Shown piece after piece: positions 12,700 to 25,003 of a stretch of DNA of 64,000 nucleotides. Under the pieces are notes generated by a model. It ran no database searches, had not been told where the DNA came from, and worked only from the letters and a program-made list of their open reading frames with translations. Origin of the DNA: the human T2T-CHM13v2.0 reference genome, Homo sapiens; NCBI RefSeq assembly GCF_009914755.1, contig NC_060928.1. One strand, given 5' to 3'. How positions within the stretch are numbered: the stretch's first letter is position 1; each line of letters begins with the position of its first letter. The position numbers were made by a program, and so were the translations under genes.

Positions 12700-13782
12700 A
12701 GAAAAGTAAATGGCCACTGAGCTGGGACTTAAACTCAGCCCTGTTGGGCTCCAAAATGTTAAAATATAGATTTAAAGAATAAGAAAATAATAATATAACT
12801 GGCTGAGGGTAGACATTGAATCAATTTTTAAAGGTTTAAAAATTGTTATATATATGGTTGTAAAAATGACAATGTTAATTTTTGGAAAATAAGATATGTG
12901 ACATTGTGAGAATTTTAAAAACCAGAATTATAATCTTAGATTACATGAAAATAAAACCAAGATTTGAGTGAGAAAGTAAAGTATGGTAATGTTTTCATTT
13001 TGCATCATAAGGGTTATCACAAAAATGATTTTGTTCTTGATATTGATGAAGCACTTAAAAATTAAATACCCTTCTAAATAAATTGTGGGTTATTAAATAT
13101 ACCAAACTGAATTTATCAAATATATAAAGAATGATAATGACGATACTATATATTAAAATCTATGGAACCTGGTCAAAGCTGCAATTAAAAGCAAATTTAC
13201 ACCATGAAATACTATGACTAAAATGAGGAATGAAGATTTGCAACAAATGAATTAACAAATAGTTCAAAAGAAAAAAGACGTAGGGGTTAAGATATACACA
13301 GAAGTGAATGAATATAGGCAAAATATGGCAGAAATCTATAAACAAAAGAAACTTTTCATTGTGTCATTCAAAGCCATTTCTATAGATGTTAATAAAATAT
13401 GGGATTATGTTTGAGATCACTTGATTTAAAATATTGAATATGTGGACCCCTTGAAATTAATTTTAGAGGTTCTATGGAGCAATGCAAATAAAAACATTTT
13501 CACATTTCAATACAGTTAAAATTGAGGATGAGTTCTCACCTAATCCTGAGGACAAATGAGATAGTCTGCTGTCAAATAAAGGCTACGAACTTCACTTTGG
13601 GAGCCCATCAGGATAACTAAAAGAAAAGTTCATAATTGTACAAAGCAACTGGAGCTGAGGCATAATGAGTGATGCATAGACTTCAAGACAGGAGAAATAT
13701 GCCATTTGTGTTAAGATATAATAGACATATAAAGAAATAGGCCATTTCAATGTAAGTATAAAATAACAAATCATAAAGACAG

Positions 13783-14262
13783 GATCAAGAACTATAAGGA
13801 GTCTGAGATTTTTATCCTACCTTCAAACTAGCAAGTTAGCCTATCAGAGTTCCATGGATGATGGCAGAAGATGCAAGACCCAAAGGACTTTATGAGTTCC
13901 ATGTTTGCATCAGTTCCCATTGCACTCCAAGTCCTACTGGGGAGATGTAGAGTGGGCCAGATGGATGCTGTGCACACAGTGGATTTACTTCACAGCTGAA
14001 GAACACTGAGCCAAACCCAAATCTTTTATAATGGGCTGCCATGAAACCTGCCTGACTTTGGTTCTAAAGGGAGATATTCTTTATTTTGCTACACAATAAA
14101 CAAATCTCACCGCTGTTTCAGAGGGAGACATTATCTCTATTTTTCAAAGCTGTTTGCTGTATAAACATTCTTGAAAAGATGGTCCTGAACAAAGGTTCCC
14201 TGTACCTATGCTAAAAAGATGTACAGAAATGAGAAAGACCTATAGAGAATTGGCTTTGAACA
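13783..14262 (-). mobile_element. LTR40a-like ERVL solo LTR
   Basis: tcaagaactataaggagtctgagattttt...agagggagacattatctctat...agagaattggctttgaaca matches reverse complement of recalled LTR40 consensus. Confidence 0.7.
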
Positions 14263-14534
14263 CTGACAGATGCTCTAAATTACATATACTGATTGGTAAT
14301 TGCTCGGCAACTTATCTGTACAACTCAGTGTGACATGTTTCAGGGTAAACAGAAGCCAAGATTTATTTAAGAAATAGTTCATGATTCTTTAAGCAACTCT
14401 GCCAGTGGTATATAAATCCAAGGGTTAATTATTTGAATTTTTTTAAAGGAATAAAATAATCTAAGCTAAACACTAGCTGGATGGCCTGAATGAAAAGTGA
14501 AAAACACAGAAAATTGGAAAGCATGGAAGGTATG

Positions 14535-15463
14535 CAAGGAGGTCTTCATAAAGTTTGTGGAAAATTGAATTAAAAGATAAAAATTAAAAACATATACTAT
14601 TTTTCAACACAAACTCCATCAAGATCAAGACACTTTTATAGGCAATGATACCACCCACTTAGTCTGTCTCTAAATAACTGATGTCCTAGGAATTTAGTCA
14701 TATCAATGTATTCTATTTTACATTACTAATTGAAGAAAAAATGGGTGCCCTTTAAAGATGTTTTTAAGATTAGGAAACAAAAAGAGGTCAGAACAAGCCA
14801 AATCGGGAATATAATGTGAATGCCTAATGATTTCCCATCAAAACTCTTGCAAAATTGTCCTCATTTAATGAGAGGAATGAGCAGGAGTATTGTCACAGTG
14901 CAGAAAGACACTGGTGAAACTTCCCCGGGCATTTTCTGCTAAAGGTTTGGCAAACTTTCTCAAAACACTCTCATAATAAGCAAATGTTATCATTCTTTGG
15001 CCCTCCAGAAAGTCAACAAGCAAAATGCCTTGAGCAACCCAAAAAACTGTTGCCGTGAGCTTTGCTCATGACCAGTTCACTTTTGCTATGACTGGACCAT
15101 TTACACCTCTTGGTAGCCATTGCTTTGATTGTGCTTTTTTTCCAGGATTGTACCGGTAAAGCCATGTTTCATCTTCTGTTACTGTTTTTCAAAGAAACGC
15201 TTCAGGTTCCTGATATCGTTTGTTTATAATTTCCATGGAAAGCTCTACTTTTGTCTGCAGTTGCTCTGGGTGCAATGGTTTTTGGCATCCATCTAGTGAA
15301 AAATTTGCTCAACTTTAATTTTTCAGTCAGGATTGTGTAAACTGAACCAATTAATATGTTTATGGTGTTGGCTATTGTTTCCCTTGTTCAATGTCAGTCA
15401 TTTTCAAATAGGGCACAAGTAAGATTAATGTTTTCCTCACAAATTGACGTGAAAGGTGTGCTG
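14535..15463 (-). mobile_element. HSMAR2 mariner transposon, 5'-truncated, defective transposase
   Basis: Right TIR caaggaggtcttcataaagtttgtggaaaa; minus strand encodes decayed mariner motifs (DETWLY-, VFWVAQGILLVDFLEGQ-, PDLA-SD-like). Confidence 0.92.
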
Positions 15464-15464
15464 T

Positions 15465-15800
15465 TAAAAGACAGATAACCACAGATAAAAAGATCACAAA
15501 AAGATTATGAAAAATTATACATATAATTAAATGATAATGTTGATACAATGTGTAATTTTCTCAGAAGACATAATTTATTTAATTTTTTGGCATTTAACTC
15601 TTTAATCCACCTGGAATAAACTTTATTATATAATAAGATGAAGCATTTAATTTCTTAAAAGCATGAGTATAGCAAATATCCCAACATCATTGATTATATA
15701 ATTTATCATTAATCTACTTATTTGAAGAGTAAACCATAAAAAAAGAAAATAGCAAACAATAGAGATAGTAAAACATAAATGGTCAATAGATCTGAATTGT
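15465..15800. mobile_element. old L1M fragments in both orientations
   Basis: A-rich ORF2-like piece followed by gcatttaactctttaatccacctggaa (antisense L1 ORF2). Confidence 0.45.
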
Positions 15801-15829
15801 AGTTTTCTTACTGTCTATCCTACCATATG

Positions 15830-16058
15830 AGATGATGTATGGTAGCACTTAAGAGTTCAGAACCAGGCGCCTAACTTCCTAGATAAGAAATTTGGCCTGC
15901 CTCTAAGTAGTTGAATGACTTAGGGCATATTCTCTTACCTCTTAACCTTTCTGTACCTCCAGTTTCATCCAATGTAAAATAATAATAATTGTACATACCC
16001 TTAAAGAATGAAAACAGTGCCTGATGCAAAATGCTCAAAGTAGTAACTATTATTATTT
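15830..16058 (+). mobile_element. MIR SINE
   Basis: tgaatgacttagggca...cttaacctttctgtacctccagtttcatccaatgtaaaat. Confidence 0.75.
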
Positions 16059-16079
16059 TTTACTATATTTATAGAGCAC

Positions 16080-16900
16080 AGTGAAACACAGCAAATAAAT
16101 CTAGATGGCAAAAGAAAAAAAAGTTTGTAACATATCTGAGAGGCAGAGTATATAGCTTTAATTTGTGAAGAATGTACAAATCTTTAAGAGAAAATCAAAG
16201 ACACTGACAGAAAAATTGCTAAGCAACATAAGCATCTAATAAGCACACATGAACATACAGTGGAAAAGAAAGCATTTAAATATTTCATGTCACTGACACT
16301 AAAAATGAAAATGGAAACAACCATATTTTTATCCTATCAGATTGCAAAGATTAAAATATGTAAAAAATATAAGCACTCTAATATACTACTAGAAGAAGAA
16401 TATATATACTTCCATGTCTATCAACTTCCTGGAGGAAATGTGTCAGTATAGATCAAATCCTTAAACCTTTTAAGAAGAAACCCTATAACTTTAAAAGTAT
16501 TGCAATGATAAAATCTAATGTCTATAATGTTGTTTCCACATCATCATAGTGTTATTTATAACAGCAAAACATTAACAATGACCTAAGTGCCCAACAGTAG
16601 AGCAACAATTATGAACATTGTGGCACATCTACAGAATACTTTGTGCAAGGCTGGAACTGAGATGAGGCAAGAGAGATGCTCAGGTCACAAAATGTAAGGA
16701 CTCACTCTCATCATTGTCCAAATGCTAATACTGTAGAGGGTGAGCGCTGCCTTAAATGTTGCTACCGAGATACTTATTTTGCCTCACCCTTGCCCAGATC
16801 CTAAATATGGGGCTATTTAAAACAACATTATAAAATATTATCTAATGATTGAAGCTCATATTTTTATATACTTCTAATGCAAAGATCCAGGCTAGGTGTA
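16080..16900 (+). mobile_element. L1ME-like ORF2 end/3' fragment (interrupted by MER91)
   Basis: cctatcagattgcaaagattaaa, ttatttataacagcaaaa...acctaagtgcccaacagtag. Confidence 0.6.
16646..16803. mobile_element. MER91A-like palindromic hAT-Tip100 MITE
   Basis: caaggctggaactgagatgaggcaa...aaatgtaaggactcactctca / gagggtgagcgctgccttaaatgtt...ttgcctcaccct: long imperfect inverted repeat. Confidence 0.7.
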
Positions 16901-17906
16901 TATACAGAAATATATTATTTGCCGCAATCTAACTTTTCTCCTATTTGTTATTTCACATTTAATTTCTTGCTATAACTTTTTACTCTGCTGAATAGTGTTA
17001 TGATGACCCTCTTTGTATATAATTCTTTCTGTATATTGTAGGTTATTTTATTTTTGTTTGTTTCTTAGAATTGGAATTATTGGTCAAAGACTATGAACAT
17101 TTTTCAGAACTTAGATAAAAGTTGATGATAGCTTTTCAGAGAGACTCTGAATTTTTACACCCTCAAGTGGGCAATTTAATTCTTGAAGGCCTCCAGACCA
17201 TGTGTCACCTCTTCTATGGAAGCTCAAATGCATAATAAATTGGGGTTATTTCCTCAAATCATCAATTCTATTGAACCTTCCATGAGGGCAAGAACTTGGC
17301 TATGTACATTTTTGTTTTCCATGATGTGCTTCGCATGTTCAGAACATGTTAGAAGCTTCCTAGGAGCTAGCTGATAAATAATACCTCAAGTATAATTTTC
17401 TATCATAGTTTTATAGACTGTTTAAACCTATGAGTTTTTTTTTTTAATCTTCTGGTAGCAGCAATATGAATGGAGGCTGGCCAGAAGTCAAGGGAAGACA
17501 AAGGATCCAGCTGGCTTCAGCAGCTCCTGTAATGCAGCACAAGTCACAGTGTGGAAAATGCAGAGAAATGGTAAATTACTGTAGAAAGACAGACTGCCAG
17601 GCTACCTTGATTGCCACTGCACTGGGATTACATACAAACTTTATTGCACAGGTCATATCGATAATTTACTAAATTGAAATTTGAGCAACAAAAGATTAAA
17701 AACCACTTAAAAAATAGAAAGAAAATAATTCTGACTCTTACTTACACTGTCAAATATATTAGAAAAAGAGGCAGTGCTCTGAAATGTTTTCACGAGAACA
17801 GCCTCAATGTCCAAGTAGCCATGTTTTTACTCTCAGGCCATATCTAAATTGACCTCAAGATACTCTACTAAAATATTATCTAATTTTTAGATAGTTTAGA
17901 TAACAT

Positions 17907-17978
17907 AGACAGTTACTGTGGTCTTCCTGTCAGGTAACATGAGATAATATTTATAGTTATCTGTTTTGAAATTTAAAC
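17907..17978 (+). repeat. 72-bp direct repeat, copy 1 (copy 2 at 18822-18893)
   Basis: agacagttact...tcttcctgtcaggtaacatgagataatatttatagttatctgttttgaaatttaaac, 69/72 identical. Confidence 0.95.
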
Positions 17979-18303
17979 AAAATAGTTTTGTTTTCCTGCC
18001 AATATAATGGGGATTTCCATCCAATTGATTAGGTCAGTAATCTATGTCTGCTATTTAAGGCAGGTATGAACACAGTCAATAGTGTCACAGCCAACATTTT
18101 CTTAGTCATGAGGATATGGGCTGTGAAATCACATTAAATAACTTTTTGGGCTTCTTGTGGGTGGTGATTTGGGAGCAGATGGCAATGAACTTGGCAGCTA
18201 GAATTTGCAGTGTGAGGGGCAAACTGACACACAGAACAAATATTATTACATTGTCTGTCCTCTCAAACCCTAGATTAAAAAAATGTATAATATTTGGCAT
18301 TTA

Positions 18304-18585
18304 GGCCAGGTACAGTGACTCACACCTGTAATCCCAGCACTTTGGGAAGCTGACGTGGGTGGATCTCTTGAACTTAGGAGTTAGAGACCAGCTTAGGCAA
18401 CATGGTGAAACCCTGTCGCTACTAAAAATACAAAAATTAGCTGGGCATTGTGGTGCATGCCTGTAATCCCATCTACTCAGGAGGCTGAGGCCCAAGAATT
18501 GCTTGAAGCTGGGAGGCGGAGGCTGCAGTGAGCTGAGATGGTACCACTGCCCTCCAACCTGGGCAACAGAGTGAGACTCTTTCTC
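18304..18585 (+). mobile_element. old Alu (AluJ/Sz-like) lacking poly(A) tail
   Basis: Both arms present; ends gagtgagactct followed by CT-rich sequence. Confidence 0.92.
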
Positions 18586-18821
18586 TGTTTCTTTCTGTAC
18601 CTCTTTGTGTCTCACTCTCATATCTATGTATTTATAAGGAAACTCTCTGTTAATCCAAAGGGGTCTACCTGTGTTTTTAAAACATCAGGAAGTCAACAAT
18701 AGTATTCCCTAATAAACATGGAGTAGTAGGCCCATTTGCAGTGTGACTTCGGTTTTATTGATGGACACCGTAAAATTGAAAAAAAAAAAAAGTCCAATGT
18801 CTATTTTAGTGATTTACCCAG

Positions 18822-18893
18822 AGACAGTTACTATAATCTTCCTGTCAGGTAACATGAGATAATATTTATAGTTATCTGTTTTGAAATTTAAAC
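18822..18893 (+). repeat. 72-bp direct repeat, copy 2
   Basis: Near-identical to 17907-17978. Confidence 0.95.
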
Positions 18894-18973
18894 TACCAGC
18901 TACTGTAGAATGTTCATGTCTCCTTTAGTAGAAAACCATTTCGGACAACACAAACAAAATGAAGCGATCTTAC

Positions 18974-19574
18974 GTGTTTTCTCTTTTGGTCCCACAACAC
19001 TTAGATGGGTCAGGCTTTCTTGGCAGTGCTGTCTCCAGCCGTGGTGGCTCCAATCTGGCTATATAGGAATAGCACTCATCAGAATCGTGCACCACCAGCT
19101 GTGCTGTGTTTCCATGTCTGGTCTCCAGGGTTCCGTTCTGATTGTGGTTGACCCTACTGGTTGTAGTGCAAGTGCTCTCCACATGAATTATGAATGGTTT
19201 GCCTTGTCCATTTATCATCTAGACTCTGCAGGCCACCTATGCCTGTCAGAAGCAGGCAGGTTACTACTTGTAAAAGGCTGTAAAAAATAACTTACTACAT
19301 CAAAGAAAAGATGACATTCTCTGCGTGTATTTTGTGTCGTCCAGCTCTGGGTTTTCCACTTGCCCTCATTCAAGTCCATGCAGCTTTTCTTTCTTTCTAG
19401 CCAGTGAGGAGGTTTTGCAGTGGGAAATCTGACGAACATGAAATGTGCTGCATGGAAAAAGTCAGAAGTCTTGAGTCTGAGTTCTACTTGAGGATGTGAG
19501 CACATTTATGCAATCTGGACCTGCATATTCATCTAATGAATTCAGTTTAGAAATTTGGCTCCCATCACTACTTC
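18974..19574 (-). other. candidate exon (non-repeat, splice signals on minus strand)
   Basis: Acceptor cactccacctcttttag|G at 19575/19574; donors GTA|gtaagt (19296) and CAC|gtaaga (18974). Confidence 0.3.
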
Positions 19575-21904
19575 CTAAAAGAGGTGGAGTGCCAAGAGGG
19601 TAGCAGCTGAGAGGGGAGGGACAGAAGGCTGGAGAGTGGGCGAGACTAATTGGTCTTTTCGTATGACACAGATTAGATTATGTCTGTCTAAAGTTAGGAG
19701 GGGGAAGGGGGATTTAATCACTGTTTCTACCAAAAAGATATAAGGCAGAACGTCCTCACAGAACCAGATGCAGGGAGAGAAGCACAAGCTTCTTGACAAG
19801 AAAGCAGGCAAAACTACATGTAAGGCCATTTAAAACAGAAAGATATGACATTTCCCTTTCCAATTAGATAAGGGGAATTGGAAACTAGAGCAGCAAAGCA
19901 TAATCTGATAAGTATTATGACAACTTTTGATAATTCAATAAAAGACATAACAGAACTTTTCTTTGCTAAATGAGCCAATAGATTTTAAAAGAGCAAATGA
20001 GATTGTTGGGGCTGTAGGGAGTATTCTAATAACAATGAAAGATTGACTTCCCAAGAAATTAGGAGTAAACATTTTAATAAAAATTACTAATATTATTAAC
20101 TGTGAATTATTCTCATCTCTCAATAGAGTAGGCAATCCTAGGATTTCTAAAATAAAATCACTATTATAATTTAAGTTACAGTATGTACTATAATGTGAAA
20201 CTGTATTTTTAAGGGAATACTCAGCACATCAAACTCAGAACCTGGGCTTATCTTTCCTTCATGTGCTTTTAATATTTAAGGGGCTCCTGCATGTTGGCTA
20301 AATGAATCAAGTTTCTAAAAAAAGAAAATCAATGTATTCATTCTCAACCCTTTCTCCTTAATCTTGTGGTTCTTCTGACCTATTCCTTCCCTTGGATTTT
20401 TCTTTCTGCCTTTTCTGAGATACTTAGCCCCTTTCTAGCAAGTTCCATTTATTTCAATAAGAAAACATGGGGAAGAAATAGCAAGTGTTGATTTGTGACT
20501 AAAAGATTCGTTTAGATTACATGTAAGTTCTATAACATAAGCTTTTCCCTAGACTCTGGAAATTGAATGAAATAGATATTTCCCACTGGTCATTATCTTT
20601 GTTGTCTCTGGCCATTGGCCATAGTTAAATAAACCTCCTTGGGTTTGTCTTACATACCACATCGAATATCCCAAACACCCCTCATTATTAAACCCAGCTG
20701 TGAGCTAACTAATAGTACCAAAATAGATTTTTCTCTCCTTTTAACTGTTGGGAAAACATATACCAGAGTCATAGTTTCCTGTAAATAACCGAGCTTGTTC
20801 TGTAATTTTAGTAAATAATCTGTAGTTTTGTAATGGGAATTTTTTTTTAATTGGAGGACTTAGTTCGTCATATTGCATTGTGTCAAAGAACTTAAAGCTC
20901 TTCTCTAGTTGTAAAAGAAGATTTCTGAGGGCTTTCCTTACTCAATAAATCTTTCTAAACTTCTTTTTCTTTTCTCACTTGCAGTTGCTAGATATTCCCT
21001 TTCTGTGAAATTGCAATCAGTGATATTCCTCGAAAGAAAAATATTGGGTTTCATATTGCACCTTTCACACTTAAGTTCTCCCCAGATGTTTTTAGTAAGA
21101 TGAATGCTAAGGTAGCATAATTACTGTGAAGGTAAAGGGCATCAACTATTGGATGATCAGAAAAGGCTCACCTGTGAGATCACACTACCATGCTTTCTGA
21201 AAGAAAGGATATTGGCCAGGAATCTCTAGCAAGGAAGATTATTAGTTTTGCTTTCAGAAATATCAGAGGATAACTCTAGCTTCCATCCACAAATACACAT
21301 GATCAAATATTGATAAAGTGGGGTCTGGGAGAGTGTATGTCAGAGTGAGAGAGAAAGGATGGATCCTGAGGGTGACATGGAAGAGCATTTCGGGTGAACG
21401 TACAATTATGGTGATGTGAGAAAAGCATAGGAACCAGATAATTTTGGAATGCAAATGTGATTCTGTCCTTACGGTTTATTACAGAATAATTCTCAGCATG
21501 GCACAATAAGAAATAATCTTCTTTTTTTGTTAGTAAATAATTAGAACTAGTTTTTGCAGACACTGCTGTCAAATACTGTTTGATTTTAGAGGTGTCAGAG
21601 TTTTCCCAGGGGTCTAAGTTCAGGAGAAGTAAGCCATCCTTTCCTGATGGTGTTGTTGTCTAATAAATTATGGAGCAATATTTTAATCAGTTGCTTCGAC
21701 AGTCCTAGCAACATGAGTGCAATATCAACCACATTGATCAGTCTGTGATCAGTCTGTAAAACTAACCTGTAGTCACCTCAGCCATTAATCATGTGAAAAA
21801 GTTTGTTTAATTTTCCCTTCTACTTTGTACTAAAAAATGACATCTTTAGATTCCATTACAATAAAGAAAAGATGGATTATGCTTTTCTGTACTTCTAAAT
21901 AAAG

Positions 21905-22160
21905 ATGAATGCAGCTAATATTATTGACCACTTAAAATTGTGATAGTAACATACATATATATATGTATGTATATATATACATCTCCTCATTTAATTCTTA
22001 TGACAATCTTATGAAGGTGATATCCTTATTATTTATAGTGAGAAAAGTTAACGTTCAAGCCTTTAAAAATTCCCAGGATTATGACAAGTAAGAGGCAAAA
22101 CCAAATTTGAACCCTCATCATTTTGACCTTAAAGTCCATACAACTACCTAAATACTCTGC
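21905..22160 (-). mobile_element. MIR SINE with internal TA/CA repeat
   Basis: ctcatttaattcttatgacaatcttatgaaggt...aagtaagaggcaaaaccaaatttgaaccc. Confidence 0.75.
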
Positions 22161-24539
22161 TATTTTAATTGAGTTCATGTTATTACATTATAATTGTCTA
22201 TGTCTATGAGGCAGCAGAGGTAGGGGTTATAAGAAATGTTGGGATGAAATGAGTTATTGTTTGTTTTACTACAATTCACATGCCATTTTCCCATTTCTGG
22301 TTATTTGTTGATGATGAATTCTTACCCAGGTAATTAACCAGATAAAGTACCAATAGGCTTATAGAATTCTGCTTTGGTACTTTCTGTTTGCTTTAACATT
22401 TGTGTTATTTTCAGAGAAAATTTTAGAAGTGCTCTGAGATCATCCTTCCCAGCTGTATTTTCTACTACTCAGTTCCTGTTTTTGTCTCTGAAGAGAGAGA
22501 ATTATAGTCCTGATCAAACTCATAAAAGTAGCTAGGAATATTTCTCAATGTAACAACCTCTATGGTTGAACTCAAGGCTTTCGAGTCACGATCTAGTGAT
22601 GACATTGCACTGTGTATTTTTTTCGACATTTAATTTGTCTAAACCTTACTCTTGAAAAAATGAGTTAAGGTAACTTATAGAAAAGGTGCAACAAGAAACA
22701 CAATAATATTGGGGGAACAGAGTCAGCAAATAAGATATAAGGGGAAAGAAAGAATGCAGGTACACTGTATTTTAAAAGAAAGAATAGCAAAATTGACTCA
22801 ATTGTACAGTTGAACTCTAACTTTGCCCCTGAGCTTCTTTGACACCAGAACCAAAAGGACCCATGGTGATCAATTATACTCCTTTCATCTCTGGAAAGTA
22901 TATGTTTCAGAGAACGCAAAAGAGTATGTGTCAGTCCTATTATGAAACCTTCTTTATTTTCATATCAGTATTATGCCCAGTCCCCCATATTAATTTTTCT
23001 AATATTTTTGTAAGGGTAAGAGAATTGTATGCAGCTCCTGCTTTATAATTCCATATATTCCTAGTGTTTCTATTAACAAAACGGTTGTTCTAAAATGAAT
23101 ATTCAGTAGGAAAATAAATAAATAAATTTAAAGCATCAAGCTACATATTTCTGATTTATTCTCTTGGATCGTCAAGAGTAAAAACCACTAAATAAATGAT
23201 TAAAGATTATGAAAAGAGAAATACAGTCATTTGTGAAATAGTAGAAATGAGCCAGTGAATAAAATTTGACAAATTCATAAGTAGAAGTAATCTATATTAT
23301 TTTCATGTCTCAAAATCTGGCAGTGTTTAGCTCTGTCTCTGAATACATAGTGTTCAAATAGAACATGTAATGGTGCTGAGAATTTTGGGGGAAGTCATGG
23401 GATGAAAATATTGAAGCAACTTCATGCCAATTGTTTTGTTTTCTTTATATTCATGACCAAATTTTTGTTTCTTCTTGGAGTGACAGACCACAAAATAAAG
23501 CTTCACAGTTTCAAAAAAATCATTTATAGCCCTGAAAAGTTTCCCAATCTAGACCCAGATACTTTAGCTGGACACTACAAACAACATGAATTTAGAGAGA
23601 ACATCTTTCAGCTATTTCCTACAGCTTTTGTTTAGTCATATTTTTACTTGACTCTAACATTTTTCCAATCCAGATGCTATTTGGCATTTTTGTAACCTTT
23701 GATCCATTAAATGAATTATAGTCTCAAACTAATCTAGATTCCAACACTCCAAACAAAATGGTTTCTTGACTTTCCTGGTTCATGAATGTAAAGAAAAAAA
23801 TAAATAATTAAATAATTAAGTTTAACAACAGCAAAAATACACAAAGTCCACAGCAATCTTCTTTTTACCTCTCTTTATAGCACTTCTGACATTAGGCCAT
23901 TTATTAACTTATTCCTGATTTGCATTATGGATATATTTTCTACAGAGAAAATGCTACGATTTTATGGTTGAGAAGAAGCCGACAGGCAAGAAGAGCCTAT
24001 AAAATATCGAGAAAACAGTCATTACAATTCATGGGATTAGATTAATTCAACTTGTGATTTTGTTGCTCAATAGTTTTGTTAAACTTTCCTCTCAGTTTTG
24101 AAATAAGCATATTTTAAATTTTATTCTTCATAAGTAAATGGAAATGTAACATGTGTAATGGGAAATGTTTATCAGTTTCTGAAACTAAAGGAGGTTTTCA
24201 TCCATTATCCGGGATAATTCACTATGTATGTTTTGGGACAGCATACTAACAAATTAGATGTACTCTCTGCATTTGCAGATAATGCAAAGATACATCAGCA
24301 AGCATGAATATTTCTCACTAGACTTGCATTTTTAACATCATTTCTTGATCACAAAGTAAGAAAGCAAATATTTACCTGGGAAAGAGAAGATTCTAAAAAA
24401 ACATAAAACATATTTTCTGATCAGACATGCTATTATGTAAAAGAGATATTAGAGTTTCTCTATGTTGCCTAATAGAATAGATTTAGGATCAATAAGGAGC
24501 TGTTAGAAATGGGTTGCTTTCAATTATATACATAAGCTA

Positions 24540-24648
24540 CTTTATATTTTAAGTGTGACATCTATCTTTTGTCACACTGTATCCTAAGCATCTAGCAGTG
24601 TGTCGAAAAATAACAGTTATCTTATTGGTATTAATGGAATGAATGGAA
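24540..24648 (+). mobile_element. L2 3' end
   Basis: cactgtatcctaagcatctagcagtgtg...ggaatgaatgga. Confidence 0.5.
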
Positions 24649-24818
24649 TTAGGATTTTAGAAGGAAAAGGGAAAGACTTCCCATTACCCTAAAGGACTAT
24701 CTAGAGGGTACACTACCATTCACAGATAGGAGGTCAGGCTAGAAGTTTAATAGAAGAATGTCTTGGAGCGCCAAGCTGACCATAATGATCTATACCTTGC
24801 AGTTCAAATAATCTAGTT

Positions 24819-25003
24819 CAATAATTGTCAAACTTTTTTTGTAAAGGCAAGACAGTAAATATCTTAGGCATTGAAAAGTCAGACAGTCTTTCCCACACCT
24901 GTTTATCTCTACTGTTATAACACAAAAACAGCCATAGACAATAGATAAATGAATTGATATGGCTAAATGTGGCTTACGAAAAGGCCTTAGTTTGCCTACC
25001 CAT
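24819..25003 (+). mobile_element. MER58A hAT-Charlie MITE
   Basis: caaactttttttgtaaaggcaagacagtaaatatcttaggc...cagccatagacaata...tagtttgcctaccc; atctag target at left flank. Confidence 0.85.

Noticed and set aside
17331-17351. p53-like paired CATG half-sites
   Set aside because: Several mismatches plus spacer, within a decayed L2 end
19330-19400. SCMDLNEGKWKTQSW resembles a C-type lectin C-terminal motif
   Set aside because: Lacks the other conserved cysteines and WIGL motif; too short to support homology
22339-22386. Inverted repeat aaagtaccaa/ttggtacttt as possible pre-miRNA
   Set aside because: Stem only ~10-13 bp with 20-nt loop; too short
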